From Candidatus Bathyarchaeia archaeon (GTDB lineage Archaea; Thermoproteota; Bathyarchaeia; Bathyarchaeales; Bathycorpusculaceae): a stretch of DNA of 64,000 nucleotides. Below the pieces are notes generated by a model. It was not told where the DNA came from. It ran no database searches and saw only the letters and a list, made by a program, of their open reading frames with translations. The stretch's first letter is position 1; each line of letters begins with the position of its first letter. The position numbers and the translations under genes were made by a program. Shown here one piece after another: positions 39,170 through 50,406 of this stretch. The DNA lies in the NCBI GenBank assembly GCA_050010755.1, contig JBEKKK010000001.1:1216001-1280000 (forward strand), read 5' to 3'.

Positions 39170-39283
39170 TCAATATTCGTCTCTCTTCCAAATGTTGTAG
39201 GGGCATTGTCTCCAACAGTAAGTGCCCGCTTTGTAGATACAATTTTGACATTCGAGTCTGTCAAACCGTCTACGCCTACTCAC
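39170..39283 (-). CDS. Putative 37-aa four-Cys micro-protein (not in ORF track)
   Basis: GGGGAG RBS then GTG; MSRRRRFDRLECQNCIYKAGTYCWRQCPYNIWKRDEY. Confidence 0.5.
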   Translation of the reverse strand: MSRRRRFDRLECQNCIYKAGTYCWRQCPYNIWKRDEY

Positions 39284-39614
39284 AAACAGACTCCCCAATA
39301 CTCATATCAACAATCTCCCTCATTAAGCCTTGGATTGCGTTTCGATTCAACGATGATTGACCAAAGATCTGCAGCCTTAGTGCGTCAACGAGCCCTTGAC
39401 CAACATTTCTGCCAGTTGAGGCTAATTCTTCTTGGTTTGGGTTCAAGAGAATTTGGCGAGAACAATGAGGGGATAATCGCACACACGAGTCATGTACGCG
39501 CCTTAAAGCTCCGTTTGAGTTGCGTTCTATTCGCGGACAAACGCAAAAAAAACTGAAATTGTTGATTTGTGGCTTTTGTTGGTCGAGCGGATGTTTCAGA
39601 AGCAGAATCTGGAA

Positions 39615-40307
39615 CTAGTAATATTTTTTCAGTGGATTTCGCTGATCCGTTGCCAGTTTCACTTGTGGAGGGATTAGTATGCCTTGCCAGTCTGCCTTGG
39701 CGATGCGCTTTCTGTGGCTTCGGATGTTGATGCTATGGATGTGAAGGGCGTAGGACATTGCGCGGTCTTGGGGGTTCTCGATCTGGAGCATCTGTCTCAG
39801 GCTGAGGTGCTCAAAGATCCTGCGGATTGGGCGTAAAGAGTTGCCGTGGCAGGATACGGCCACGTTGCCTGGGTTCCGTTGGAGCCATTGTTCAAGCTGC
39901 ACTATGAAGGGCAAGGTCCTGTTTTCGACCATCTTCAGGCTTTCTCCATCAGGAGGCGGAAAGTTGTAGCCTCTGTGAACCTTGGCAAAGTATTCTGGTC
40001 TTTCCTCGGCAAGCTTTCTTTTGCTTTTGCCCTGAAGCAAGCCGTAGCAACGCTCGATGAGACGGTCATCCGTGAAAACTGGGATAGCTGGATGTGCCTC
40101 AAGAACTATTTCAAGGGTTTTCCGGGCTCTTTTGAGGTGGGAAGTGAAAGCATAGTCGATCTTCTCTCGGTTCAGTTGGTTTGAAATCTCACGTGCTTGT
40201 GAAATGCCTTTCGAAGTGAGTTTTGCGTCCCGCCACCCTGAGAATATTTCGCGACTGTTGTCAGTCGTTTCGGCATGCCTGAAGACGAGCAACTTGCAAA
40301 TCATCAT
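39615..40307 (-). CDS. Histidine phosphatase / dPGM-type phosphoglycerate mutase family
   Basis: RHAET..N....FSGW.D..L, FTS.L.RA..T, ERCYG.LQG, PPDGESL, SCHGNSLR. Confidence 0.88.
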   Translation of the reverse strand: MMICKLLVFRHAETTDNSREIFSGWRDAKLTSKGISQAREISNQLNREKIDYAFTSHLKRARKTLEIVLEAHPAIPVFTDDRLIERCYGLLQGKSKRKLAEERPEYFAKVHRGYNFPPPDGESLKMVENRTLPFIVQLEQWLQRNPGNVAVSCHGNSLRPIRRIFEHLSLRQMLQIENPQDRAMSYALHIHSINIRSHRKRIAKADWQGILIPPQVKLATDQRNPLKKYY

Positions 40308-40412
40308 GATATCCTCCTCGAGTCAGTTTGGCGACTGCATGCAGCCTTTGTTGAACCGACCTAGCGCATGAACGATTGGAGAAGCAGTGGTCACATGTGT
40401 TATCTGCGCGCG

Positions 40413-41582
40413 CTATGACAATCCTGCATCTTTCTTGAGGGTTTCCGCTTTGTCGGTTCTTTCCCATGTGAAGTCGGGGTCGTCTCTTCCAAAGTGGCCG
40501 AACACGGCGGTTTTCCTGTATATTGGTCTCAGTAAGTTGAGGTGCGCTATGATTGCCTTGGGTCTCATGTCGAAGTGTTTTTTTATCAATTCTAGAACTT
40601 TTTCGTCGGATATTTTTCCAGTTCCGAACGTGTTGACCATCAGGGAAACTGGCTGGGCCACACCGATTGCGTATGACATTTGAATTTCGCATTGATCTGC
40701 CAGACCCGCCGCGACGATGTTCTTTGCGATGTATCTTGCCATGTAGCAGCCTGATCTGTCAACTTTTGACGGATCTTTTCCCGAGAAACATCCTCCACCA
40801 TGGCTTCCGACGCCTCCGTAAGTGTCAACGATGATTTTTCTTCCCGTCAGTCCTGAGTCTGCTAAGGTTCCTCCGACAACGAACCTTCCTGTTTCATTGA
40901 CGAAATATTTTGTTTCTTTGTCCAGCATGGTTGAAGGTATGACCTTCTTTATGACGTGGTTTATTATGTCTCTTCTCATCTTTTCTCTGCTAACTTTAGG
41001 AGTGTGTTGAGCAGCTATAACCACGGCTGCCACTCTTCTCGGTTTTCTATCGACGTATTCCACCGTGACCTGTGACTTTCCATCAGGTCTAAGATAGGGT
41101 ATAATCTTCTTGGTCCTGCATTCTGACAGTCTTCTCACGAGGCTGTGCGCCAGCATTATTGGTAAGGGCATCAGCTCCTTTGTCTCGTTCGTCGCGTAAC
41201 CGAAGACCATCCCTTGATCTCCAGCTCCTTGCTCATGAGATTCGGTCTCGACGACTCCCATCGCAATGTCCGGAGACTGCTCCGTTATCGAGACTAGAAC
41301 GCCGCAGGTTTCCCAGTCCATGCCGTCTTTGGCGTTGTCCAATCCTATTTCCTTCAGCGTTTTTCTTGCGATGCTGGGAATGTCTACGTAGCAGGAGGTT
41401 GTAATTTGCCCGGTGACTACCACGTTTCCCTGCATCACCAGCGTTTCGCAGTCAACTCTTGCTTTAGGATCTTTGCAGAAGACGGCATCGAGTACGGCAT
41501 CTGAAATCTGGTCGGCAACCTTATCTGGATGACCCTCTGCCACGGATTCCGAAGTGAACTGATACTTTCCGTCTTTTAACAT
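40413..41582 (-). CDS. metK: S-adenosylmethionine synthetase, bacterial/eukaryotic type
   Basis: [53 protein letters not shown]. Confidence 0.97.
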   Translation of the reverse strand: MLKDGKYQFTSESVAEGHPDKVADQISDAVLDAVFCKDPKARVDCETLVMQGNVVVTGQITTSCYVDIPSIARKTLKEIGLDNAKDGMDWETCGVLVSITEQSPDIAMGVVETESHEQGAGDQGMVFGYATNETKELMPLPIMLAHSLVRRLSECRTKKIIPYLRPDGKSQVTVEYVDRKPRRVAAVVIAAQHTPKVSREKMRRDIINHVIKKVIPSTMLDKETKYFVNETGRFVVGGTLADSGLTGRKIIVDTYGGVGSHGGGCFSGKDPSKVDRSGCYMARYIAKNIVAAGLADQCEIQMSYAIGVAQPVSLMVNTFGTGKISDEKVLELIKKHFDMRPKAIIAHLNLLRPIYRKTAVFGHFGRDDPDFTWERTDKAETLKKDAGLS

Positions 41583-41786
41583 ATGAATCATCGATTGCAA
41601 ACGTCAAAGTTGAACGTTACGATCTCGCATTCTTATCTTAAGAAACTTTCCCTGAGGACGAGCCATGGTGCATCGCCATAACACTTTTGACGCGCCTTTC
41701 AGATTTACAGACTGGAAAAGAAATCGTTGAAGCGAATTCTAACACATGAAAGCAGGTGGGAATATAAAAAATTGGGGGAGGGTTGT

Positions 41787-43436
41787 CTAGTCCTCGCCTT
41801 CAGGCATTCCGCCTGGTGGTTTTCCTCCGGGTCCTTCTCTCGGTTTTGTGGATGCTATGACGTCGTCGATGCGTAGGATCATGGTTGCGGATTCTGTTGC
41901 GGATTTTATCGCTTGCTCTTTTACTATGACGGGTTCGACTACGCCCTTGTCACGCATGTTTTCGACTTTTCCGGTGAAGAGGTTGACTCCTTTGTATTTT
42001 CCATCTGCTTTTCCGTGGGCGGCTCTCAGTTCTACGAGTATGTCTATGGGTTCTAATCCTGCGTTTTCCGCCAAGGTTTTCGGTATTATCTCGATTGCGT
42101 CCGCGAAGGTTTCTATCGCGAGTTGTTCTCTTCCGCCGACGTCGGTGGCGTAGCTTCGCAGTTCTTTGGCCACTTCGACTTCTACTGCTCCGCCTCCAGC
42201 GACTATTTTGCTGTTTTCTATGACGTCTGAGACCACTGATAAGGCGTCTGTCATTGCTCTTTCGGCTTCGTCGACCATTCTCTCAAGGCCGGCTCGTATG
42301 ATGATTGCTACCGAGCGTGGGTCTTTGCATTTTTCGACGAATATCATCTTGTCTTCGCCGAGCTTGCGTTCCTCGACGAGGCCTGCTATGCCCAGGTCTT
42401 GTGTTCTCAAGTCGGTAAGGTTTGAGACTATTCTTCCGCCTGTTGCTCTTGCCAGCTTCTCCATGTCTGACTGTTTCACTCTTCTGGCTGCGAGTATTCC
42501 TTCTTTGGCCAAGAAGTGCTGGGCCATGTCGTCTATGCCTTTCTGACAGAAAACTACGTTTGCGCCCGAAGCCTTGATTTTCTCAACCATTTCTTGCAGC
42601 ATCTTGTTTTCTTGATCTAGGAAGGCCTTCATCTGGGATGGATCGCGAATTCTTATCTCGGCGCTTATCTCGGTCTTTTCGATTTCCAAAGCGCTATCAA
42701 GCAGGGCCATTTTCGCTTTATCGACGCTTTTCGGCATTCCCGTGTGGACGACTTCTTTGTCTATTACTAGGCCTTGGACCAGTTGCGATTCGAAGAGGCT
42801 TTTCCCCGTCTTCTTGATCACTTGGATGTTGTCTATGTCAGCGACCCATTTGTCTCCGCGTTTTTCAGCCACTTTCCTTACAGCTTCGATGGCTATGTCT
42901 GCAAAGTGTTCCTTCGCTGTGCCGACGGCTTTGCTTGCCATGGACGTCACTGCAACTTTCTTCAGTGTTACCTTGTCGTCGATGTCCACGTCTATTGCAA
43001 CTTTGTTTATGGTTTCCATCGCTTGTTGTGCCGCCTTGCGGTAGCCGCTCACGATTATGGTCGGATGAATGTTCTGATCCAGGAGCTCCTCAGCTCTTTT
43101 CAAGAGTTCGCCTGCCAGCACTACGGCGGTGGTTGTTCCATCGCCCACCATGTCGTCCTGTGTCTTCGCGATTTCCACCATCATCTTTGCAGCTGGGTGT
43201 TCGACTTCGATCTCGTTGAGTATCGCTGCTCCGTCGTTTGTTATCGTTATGTCCCCGAGGCTGTCGATGAGCATCTTGTCCATGCCGCGTGGTCCTAGAG
43301 TCGTTCTCAACACTTCGCCAATTACTCGTGCGGCCATTATGTTGTTTCTCTGAGCTTCTCTTCCTCTGTTTCGTGTAGTGCCTTCTTTTAGAACTAGGAC
43401 TGGTTGTCCCGACGCTGTCGTCGTCAAGTAAGCCAT
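41787..43436 (-). CDS. Thermosome (group II chaperonin) subunit
   Basis: [39 protein letters not shown]; ATG at 43436. Confidence 0.97.
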   Translation of the reverse strand: MAYLTTTASGQPVLVLKEGTTRNRGREAQRNNIMAARVIGEVLRTTLGPRGMDKMLIDSLGDITITNDGAAILNEIEVEHPAAKMMVEIAKTQDDMVGDGTTTAVVLAGELLKRAEELLDQNIHPTIIVSGYRKAAQQAMETINKVAIDVDIDDKVTLKKVAVTSMASKAVGTAKEHFADIAIEAVRKVAEKRGDKWVADIDNIQVIKKTGKSLFESQLVQGLVIDKEVVHTGMPKSVDKAKMALLDSALEIEKTEISAEIRIRDPSQMKAFLDQENKMLQEMVEKIKASGANVVFCQKGIDDMAQHFLAKEGILAARRVKQSDMEKLARATGGRIVSNLTDLRTQDLGIAGLVEERKLGEDKMIFVEKCKDPRSVAIIIRAGLERMVDEAERAMTDALSVVSDVIENSKIVAGGGAVEVEVAKELRSYATDVGGREQLAIETFADAIEIIPKTLAENAGLEPIDILVELRAAHGKADGKYKGVNLFTGKVENMRDKGVVEPVIVKEQAIKSATESATMILRIDDVIASTKPREGPGGKPPGGMPEGED

Positions 43437-43650
43437 ACAAATCCTCCATTCAAACTTAAAATCCTTAATCGGAACAAGAAAAAATGCCCACAAATATAAA
43501 TCTTTACCTCAACCTACCCTTTGCCCCACGTATTTTCGCACCTCTGTCAGAAATTTGGCCCCGTCCAACCCCTGCCTTTATCACTTGACTTTCGCATTCT
43601 CTACAGCTTTATTCGTGTCGAAATGGCTGGAGTGCAGAGGCGCGCACGGT

Positions 43651-44661
43651 TCATTGTGTAATTGGCCTGTCGGACGGTTCTTTGGAGAAGACTAGAATTG
43701 AAGTTGACTTCGCGATTTGCGGTACGCCGGCAAGGTCTTCAACCACCAACAGGACTCTGGAAAGTAAAGCGAATGCCCCTGCAATAGGCGCTGCTACGCC
43801 TAAGAGAATGAAAACTCCGACAATCGCTCCCTCCTGAAAGCCTATGCCTGAAGGCGTGAGAGGCACGAACCCTAGCGCCGTCACCAGAGGATGCAACAGG
43901 AAGAATCCAAGCCATCCTATCTGAGTGATTCCCAAGGCCAAACCCAAGAAGAACCATTCAAAACCCTTCAGAATCCAACACATGCCCGTTATCAACGCGA
44001 TTTCAGGGATGGCCCGCCGCGTTTTTCTAGCGTTTGTCCTGTACTGCTCAAGCTTCACTACCAAGCCGCCTGTAAACCTTGAAAGAAGCTTTGACCCGGC
44101 GATGCGGTTGAAAAGACCTATTACCCTTTCCGACCAGGTTAGGGCGGCTAACAAGACTGCTCCAGTTAGCATGAGACTGATGCCTAGAATCGCGACTACA
44201 AACACGCCTAGGGACAAATTGACTGTCCGAACCAGAAAAACTACTGCCAGCGATCCGCCCAGTACTTTGATGAGAAACTCCACGGACTGGATGCCGAGAA
44301 CTCCCGAGAGGCTGATGGACGTTGGAATGCCTTGGTCCCTGAGGTAAATCGGCGTTAAGACGTAACCAGATCTTCCGGGAGTCACGTCGCTAGTCAACAT
44401 GCCCGCGTACTGGGCAAGCAACGTTTTGCCGAAGGACGTTTTGACCCCCTCTCTCTTCAAGACCCTTCTGAGTCGCACAGTGAACAGAAGATTGATTCCA
44501 AAATAAGCAAGAAAAGAAACGCAAAGAAAAGCAAGCTTGATTCCCCTAAGAGTGTTGTAGAGCGATCCAATCCCGACGTACCAGAACAAAGCCCCAAGAA
44601 TCACCACCATGCACACTATCTGCAACAAAACACGCAGACTTCGCCTTGAACCGCCCTTCAT
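43651..44661 (-). CDS. Lysylphosphatidylglycerol synthase TM region / flippase-like (UPF0104) membrane protein
   Basis: Multi-TM; TPGRSG and VPLTPSGIGFQEG motifs. Confidence 0.82.
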   Translation of the reverse strand: MKGGSRRSLRVLLQIVCMVVILGALFWYVGIGSLYNTLRGIKLAFLCVSFLAYFGINLLFTVRLRRVLKREGVKTSFGKTLLAQYAGMLTSDVTPGRSGYVLTPIYLRDQGIPTSISLSGVLGIQSVEFLIKVLGGSLAVVFLVRTVNLSLGVFVVAILGISLMLTGAVLLAALTWSERVIGLFNRIAGSKLLSRFTGGLVVKLEQYRTNARKTRRAIPEIALITGMCWILKGFEWFFLGLALGITQIGWLGFFLLHPLVTALGFVPLTPSGIGFQEGAIVGVFILLGVAAPIAGAFALLSRVLLVVEDLAGVPQIAKSTSILVFSKEPSDRPITQ

Positions 44662-44765
44662 CTCAGTCAGCTCGCATTCATCAGCATCGGTAAATAGTGC
44701 TTACCTAACGGAAGGGTTGTATAAATTTATAAACGATAACCAGCGATAAAATCAAAAGAATTCTC

Positions 44766-45275
44766 ATGAAAACTGTCATTGTGCTCGTCATGCACGGCGT
44801 GCCGCCGAATGATTTTCCTGAACGCGAGATGGGGGAACTGTTTAGCTTGCAGGCTAGAGTGAAAAAAGTTGCGGGGCCCGAGCGCGGCGCGCTTGAGCAT
44901 CGTCTCATAGAACTAGATGCCAAGATGCACACCTGGCCGCGTACGGCCCAAAACGACCCGTTCCATGCTGGATCTCAAGTGCTGTCGGCGCAGTTGGGCG
45001 AGGTCACCGGGCATGAGGTGATATTGGGATTCAACGAATTCTGTGCTCCAACTCTGGACGATGCGCTCGGCCAGGCCATTGCGAGGGGAGCCGAAAAAGT
45101 TATCGTAGTAACCCCGATGATGACCCGCGGGGGCGAGCACGCCGAAGTGGACATTCCAGCTGCCGTAAAAGCCGCACAGGCACGACACCCTGAAATCCCG
45201 ATAGTATATGCATGGCCCTTCAAAGTCTCAGAAACGGCGAATTTTTTGGCGTCACATATAGCCGGTCTCCTTTAA
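44766..45275 (+). CDS. CbiX/SirB-type sirohydrochlorin chelatase family
   Basis: VLVMHG, GFNEFCAP.L, P.M..GGEH...DIP. Confidence 0.83.
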   Translation: MKTVIVLVMHGVPPNDFPEREMGELFSLQARVKKVAGPERGALEHRLIELDAKMHTWPRTAQNDPFHAGSQVLSAQLGEVTGHEVILGFNEFCAPTLDDALGQAIARGAEKVIVVTPMMTRGGEHAEVDIPAAVKAAQARHPEIPIVYAWPFKVSETANFLASHIAGLL

Positions 45276-45346
45276 CAAGCAAACTTGACCACGCAGTGAA
45301 ACAGTTTAAATTTTAGGGTGCGCCCATCAATGTCGGTGGGCTGCAC

Positions 45347-45640
45347 GTGCGTGTTTCGGTTCGATTTTTCACGACTCTGAGAGAGTTAACGGGCAAAAAG
45401 GAGGAGAGTCTGGAGTTTCCGAGAGGAAAAGCCGTCACGGTTGAGAGTGTACTTGAGCGGTTGAAGGAGCTGCATGGAAAGAGGCTTATGGAATATGTTT
45501 GCGACCCCAAAACCGGCGAGGTTCGAGGGTTCCTTCAGTTTCTCGTTAATGGCAGAAGCACAGCGTCATTTGAAGGGTTACAAACGAAACTTTCAGACGG
45601 CGATGTTCTGGCCATAATACCACCAGTCGGCGGCGGCTGA
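45347..45640 (+). CDS. MoaD/ThiS/SAMP ubiquitin-like protein
   Basis: V.VRFF..LRE, LVNG, L.DGD.LAIIPPVGGG C-terminus. Confidence 0.92.
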   Translation: MRVSVRFFTTLRELTGKKEESLEFPRGKAVTVESVLERLKELHGKRLMEYVCDPKTGEVRGFLQFLVNGRSTASFEGLQTKLSDGDVLAIIPPVGGG

Positions 45641-45688
45641 CCAAGTTGACTTTTCGACTTCGCTTCCCGCTGCTGTAACTTTGGATTA

Positions 45689-46678
45689 GTGTTGAATATG
45701 GGCTCATCTGGCGAGTTCTTGTACCTTTCTCGGTCCGACGTGGAGAGATTGAACGTTCCGATGAAAGAGATAGTGGGAATCGTGGAGGAGGCTTTTCGTG
45801 AGAAGGCAGCTGGAAGAGCTGAAGTTCCTCCGAAGCCGGGGATACATCCCAAAAAAGACGCTTTTATCCATGCTATGCCAGCATATCTGCAAAAAATGAA
45901 TGCAGCAGGAATGAAATGGGTGGCAGGTTTTCCAGAAAATCCTAAAAAAGGTTTGCCATACATCTCTGGCCTGATCGTGATTAACGATACTGACACTGGG
46001 GTTCCAGTCTGCGTCATGGACTGCACGTGGGTGACGGCCAAACGCACTGGTGCTGCTACCGCAGTCGCGGCTAAACGCTTAGCGAGGGAGGACTCCGCAG
46101 TGTTGGGGGTTCTCGGCTGTGGTGCTCAGGGCAGGAGCAATCTTGAAGCCTTGATGGTTGTGTGCAAGAGCCTAGAACAGGTTAAGGCCTACGACATCAG
46201 CCAAAAGAATTTGCGAGAATACGTAAATGAAATGGCTGCCCTTCACGGATTAAGAGTCGCTCCCGTCGATTCGCCCAAGAAAGCGGTTGAGGGTTGTGAC
46301 ATAGTGATTACTGCCGGTCCGATTCTGAAGAAACCGCAGCCCGTAATCGAAAAATCGTGGTTCAGAGACGGCGGATTGGCGTGTCCTCTGGATTTTGATT
46401 CCTACTGGAAGCCGGAAGCAATGTATTCTATGCACAAGTTCTGTACTGATGACCGGGAGCAACTGGCCTACTACAAGGCTCAGGGCTACTTCGCTGACGT
46501 GCCGGAGGTCTACGCAGAGTTAAGCGAAATCGTGGCTGGCTCCAAACCGGGTCGATTAAACGCGGAAGAACGAATCATGTCGATGAATCTGGGCTTGGCA
46601 ATAGAAGACGTGGCAACGGCTTTCTACGTCTTTCAGAAAGCGAAGAAAGCAAAAGTTGGAACAACACTGCAGCTTTGA
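45689..46678 (+). CDS. Ornithine cyclodeaminase / mu-crystallin (alanine dehydrogenase) family
   Basis: HAMPAY, GMKWV, TAKRTGAA, GCGAQG, GLAIEDVA. Confidence 0.9.
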   Translation: MLNMGSSGEFLYLSRSDVERLNVPMKEIVGIVEEAFREKAAGRAEVPPKPGIHPKKDAFIHAMPAYLQKMNAAGMKWVAGFPENPKKGLPYISGLIVINDTDTGVPVCVMDCTWVTAKRTGAATAVAAKRLAREDSAVLGVLGCGAQGRSNLEALMVVCKSLEQVKAYDISQKNLREYVNEMAALHGLRVAPVDSPKKAVEGCDIVITAGPILKKPQPVIEKSWFRDGGLACPLDFDSYWKPEAMYSMHKFCTDDREQLAYYKAQGYFADVPEVYAELSEIVAGSKPGRLNAEERIMSMNLGLAIEDVATAFYVFQKAKKAKVGTTLQL

Positions 46679-46689
46679 CCCTCGGGTTT

Positions 46690-48468
46690 TTATCCTCCCC
46701 AGAACGGGACCTTCTTTCTCATGACGTTGACGTATTCTTCCAGCGCTTTTTGTTCTCCTTCTGTTAATTTTTCGTTGAAGGTTGTCATGAGAGCTTTCAC
46801 CTGCTGTTCGGGAACTTTCACGTATAACACGTCTTTTTCGAATATGTGTCTTCCGAACACGGGCTTGTCCATGGAGATGGCGACCTGTCTTCCCTGTTCA
46901 GCGTTGGATAAGGCTTCTCCCTTGTCCTGGATCTGCTGGATTTCGCCTACCTCTTCGCCGTTTTGTCTGACGAGTGCTATTTTTGGTTTGATGCTGCCGG
47001 ACAGGATTTCAACTCCGAAAATCGCGGGTTTCGCCCTTCGAAAAACGTAGCCCTCCATTACTTGGAGTTTGGCAGGCTTGACTAGGGTTTCGAAGTCCTG
47101 TGCGAGTCCAGCGTCGCGTTTTCCTTTGTACCAGGCCAGATAGTTTTCGATGACGTGGTAGATTATTTTTTCGCGGAAAACCTGTACGCCTCTGCTTCCG
47201 GCTTCTTGTTCAGCGTCGGGTAGGATTCTGACGTTGAAAGCCAGCACTGCACCGTATAGTGGTTCGTGTTCCTTTACGACTGAGGCTTCTACTATGTCTC
47301 GTTTCGAAATGTCTCCCACATCGGCTAGTCTGATAGGAATCTCGTTTTGCTTCAAAATGTCCGCGATGGCTTCGAGCGAGCCGAGGGTGTCGGCTTTCAA
47401 AACGATGCCGTCAATGTTAGTTGCTATTCTTATTTTCTCGATTTCCTCGGAGATTAGCCTCGCGTACTTTTCGGGTTTTTCCTCTGGAGGCACGGCGTAC
47501 AGGGTAGCTCCGGCCAGCACTCCTTCTATGTCTGGCGCGACGATTTTGATGCCTGCGGCAGCGGATGCAAAGTCAACGGAGGAGAATTTGTCTCTGGGAT
47601 CTCTGATCTCGTCCAAGGGTTTGGGTACCAGAATCGCCCGTATGCGCGTGACGATGGGTTTCTCTTTTCCGCCGACGACTATCAAGTCGTCCTTCTGCAG
47701 CACCCCGTCGTAGATTATGGTGTTCATGGTTAAGCCAAGTCCGGGTTCTTCCTTGACCTCCAGAACCGTGCCCTTGGCGGGGCCTTCAGTTATCTGCAGA
47801 CGCTTCTTCAAGTATTGCTGCGCCAAGCCTATGAGAACCGTTATGAGTTCGGAAATGCCTTCACCCGACTTTGCGCTCGTGGGCACGATGGCCACGGTGG
47901 ACGTGAAGTCCTTTATCCTGTCGAAACGGTCCGTTTTGAAACCGAGACGCGAGAAGACGCCGATGATGTCGTACAGTTTGTTGTCCAGATCCTCCCTGAC
48001 GTAAGGATCTTGCTGGGGATACGTCTTCGAAAACGGCGCATCCGTATAAGATTTCCATCCGGGCACACGGTCCATCATGTTCGCGGCGACCAAGAAGGGA
48101 GTTTTCCGAGCCTTAAGAATCTCTACACACTCGTACGTCTGAGCCTCAAAACCTCGCAGGACGTTGATGACGAGAATGGCGATGTCCGCGACGCTGCCGC
48201 CTCTCTTGCGCAGGTTGGCGAAGGCTTCATGCCCCGGCGTGTCAATAATGAGTAAACCGGGAATCTCTATTTCACCATTGACTCTGGAAAGAGCAGAGCC
48301 TACCAGTTGACCGAGCGTCTCAACGGGAAAAAAGCTTGCACCGATGTGCTGAGTGATGCCTCCAACCTCCCTTGCCTGAACGCTGGTCTTCCTGATTCTG
48401 TCCAGCAGAGAAGTCTTGCCACTGTCAACATGACCAAGAACACACACGATTGGCTGACGAGTCGGCAT
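46690..48468 (-). CDS. infB: Translation initiation factor IF-2 (aIF5B)
   Basis: RQPIV.VLGHVDSGKT, GGITQHIGA, DTPGHEAF, KADTLGSLEA; ATG at 48468. Confidence 0.97.
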   Translation of the reverse strand: MPTRQPIVCVLGHVDSGKTSLLDRIRKTSVQAREVGGITQHIGASFFPVETLGQLVGSALSRVNGEIEIPGLLIIDTPGHEAFANLRKRGGSVADIAILVINVLRGFEAQTYECVEILKARKTPFLVAANMMDRVPGWKSYTDAPFSKTYPQQDPYVREDLDNKLYDIIGVFSRLGFKTDRFDRIKDFTSTVAIVPTSAKSGEGISELITVLIGLAQQYLKKRLQITEGPAKGTVLEVKEEPGLGLTMNTIIYDGVLQKDDLIVVGGKEKPIVTRIRAILVPKPLDEIRDPRDKFSSVDFASAAAGIKIVAPDIEGVLAGATLYAVPPEEKPEKYARLISEEIEKIRIATNIDGIVLKADTLGSLEAIADILKQNEIPIRLADVGDISKRDIVEASVVKEHEPLYGAVLAFNVRILPDAEQEAGSRGVQVFREKIIYHVIENYLAWYKGKRDAGLAQDFETLVKPAKLQVMEGYVFRRAKPAIFGVEILSGSIKPKIALVRQNGEEVGEIQQIQDKGEALSNAEQGRQVAISMDKPVFGRHIFEKDVLYVKVPEQQVKALMTTFNEKLTEGEQKALEEYVNVMRKKVPFWGG

Positions 48469-48581
48469 CCAGTTTTTCCTCACTGTTTTTTGGCAACCCG
48501 GGCGAGTTGCCATTTCATTGAAACGTTTGAAAATTAATAAGCAATTGCCCTAATAAACACTCATTCAAGAGGCAAGCGATT

Positions 48582-48899
48582 TTGCCCTACTGCTGGAAAT
48601 GCGGAGCAAGACTGAATGATGAAGACAGGTTCTGTCCAGTTTGCGGTGCGGCAAGGGCCAAGGTGAGCAGAGAGAAATTCACGGTTTCCTCCGACGATCT
48701 TATCGAGAAGGTTAAGCAGTTGCTCCACGAGGGCAACGTTACAAGAATCATCGTCAAGGATGAAAAAGGGAAAACTCTTCTCGAGATCCCCGCCACTGTG
48801 GGAGTCATCGGAGTGCTTCTTGTTCCATGGCTCGCGGCGTTGGGTGCCATAGCGGCTCTAGCCGCAAAATGTGAGATAGTCGTTGAAAGAAGAGAATAA
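48582..48899 (+). CDS. Zinc-ribbon plus DUF4342 domain protein
   Basis: YCWKCG...FCPVCG; VK.LLHEGNVTRI.VK...LLEIP.TVG. Confidence 0.85.
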   Translation: MPYCWKCGARLNDEDRFCPVCGAARAKVSREKFTVSSDDLIEKVKQLLHEGNVTRIIVKDEKGKTLLEIPATVGVIGVLLVPWLAALGAIAALAAKCEIVVERRE

Positions 48900-49097
48900 C
48901 TATTCCACTTTAACAATCAGCAAAAAGACGCCTAGAATTACAAGGATGATGCTCAGAAAACTGAAAAGCCCAGTGTAGCCCACTAGAACGTCAGAGCTCG
49001 ACACCGTGTAATATAGAGCAAGAATGCCCGTGATGAAAATGATGAGGCCCAAGAACTTTTCAGCCACCTCGAGTCCGAAACCGCCTTCTTCGCTCAT
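48900..49097 (-). CDS. Small two-TM membrane protein
   Basis: Two hydrophobic helices; TATA-like TATAAATAA upstream. Confidence 0.72.
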   Translation of the reverse strand: MSEEGGFGLEVAEKFLGLIIFITGILALYYTVSSSDVLVGYTGLFSFLSIILVILGVFLLIVKVE

Positions 49098-49308
49098 TTC
49101 AGTCGAATCCTTCTGGCATTCTTTTTACATACAAACAACAAAGGGTTATTTATAGCTAATCTTCCCTTTTCCAACGGTCTCCTAAGAAGGCCACCGTTAG
49201 CCCTTCATTGGAGGGAGGGTGCAAATCGTTGATTATGTTCTCACTCTACGAAATTGGTGGGTTGTGATGAGTGCTCACAGGTTCGATTTGGAATAGAGAA
49301 AGCGTGTT

Positions 49309-50406
49309 CTACTCTGGCAGTGGGCCGTCGTATACTTTGCATGTGTAGCAGAGGTTGTCTCCTGTCGCTACGGCGGTGGCGTGGCCGTGGAATTGGCATA
49401 TCCATCCGTTTATGTATCCGTCGTGGGGCATCTTGATTTCTTCGAGAAGTTCTCCGAAGAGGCTCCATATCTTGGCTATTGTGGTTCCCTCCTTTGTGAA
49501 CTTGAAGTTGTCCACGAGTATTTCGACTAGGCCGCCACGCTTTGGAAGGATGTTTCCCATCCTGGCAAGTGGCTTGGATATGACAACGACGCCGGTCTGT
49601 TTCTCAGGCTTGCCGTCCAGCATGCCGAGCATTTTCATTACGTTCTTTGCGCCTACGATGCCCACTTCAACTCCTCTTGGGAGTATGCGCCTCGCGTCCG
49701 TCATTTCCAGTCCCAGACAGGGTATGCCCTTCTGCATGGCGAAATCGGCGAGGCGTTGAGGAGGCAGTAGTCTTGCGCCAACCTTGGCAGTCACTTTACC
49801 TATGTCTGCGTCGTTGGACGAGGGCATCATCATGGTGATGCCGAAGGCCTTTGCCATTCTGTAGGTCATTAACGTGGTCTTCTTGTCTTTTGCGTAGTTT
49901 GCTGATTCGTCGATTCCGCCTGTGAATGGAAATCCGTTTTCTCCGAATTGGGGGTTTGCGTGGTAGTTGATCAGGTAGTCCGCGTGTTCCATGCAGATCT
50001 TTGCGTAAGCGTAGGCAAGCCGCTCCGTTTCTCTCCCATTCGGTCTTCCCCATATTCCATCCGTGGACGACGTAAGGGTGGCGATGTTTGTATCGTCCTG
50101 GTACGTAATGTATGAGCTGAACCTCAGTGTGAACGGGTTGCAGCAGGGAACTCCTATTATTGTGCCCTTTAACTTTTTCGGGTTTAACTCGCGCATCAGC
50201 TTCCCAATCGTTCTCATGCCCGGTAATTCCGTGCCGTGTTCGCCGGCAATCAGCATCAAAGTGGGGCCTTCCTCAGCCCCGTTCAAAATCATCAGGGGCA
50301 AATCGACCCTCTGCTGATCTGGAAGCTCAACCACTGGAATCCAACCGCAAGCAAGCTTCCCCGGCTCCGCCTTGATTCCCTCGATTTCTAACGCTTTCTT
50401 CGGCAT
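49309..50406 (-). CDS. Succinylglutamate desuccinylase/aspartoacylase (M14) family
   Basis: G.EEGPTL...AGEHG.E, P..NP, INYHA; biotinyl-like C-terminal domain. Confidence 0.85.
   Translation of the reverse strand: MPKKALEIEGIKAEPGKLACGWIPVVELPDQQRVDLPLMILNGAEEGPTLMLIAGEHGTELPGMRTIGKLMRELNPKKLKGTIIGVPCCNPFTLRFSSYITYQDDTNIATLTSSTDGIWGRPNGRETERLAYAYAKICMEHADYLINYHANPQFGENGFPFTGGIDESANYAKDKKTTLMTYRMAKAFGITMMMPSSNDADIGKVTAKVGARLLPPQRLADFAMQKGIPCLGLEMTDARRILPRGVEVGIVGAKNVMKMLGMLDGKPEKQTGVVVISKPLARMGNILPKRGGLVEILVDNFKFTKEGTTIAKIWSLFGELLEEIKMPHDGYINGWICQFHGHATAVATGDNLCYTCKVYDGPLPE

Noticed and set aside
41583-41786. SAM riboswitch upstream of bacterial-type metK
   Set aside because: A TATA-like box lies about 55 bp from the start, leaving little leader, and no SAM-I/II consensus is visible.
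49170-49225. Two small hairpins after a TATA-like box (possible ncRNA)
   Set aside because: Stems are only 5-6 bp, and the TATA is explained by the divergent 48900-49097 gene.
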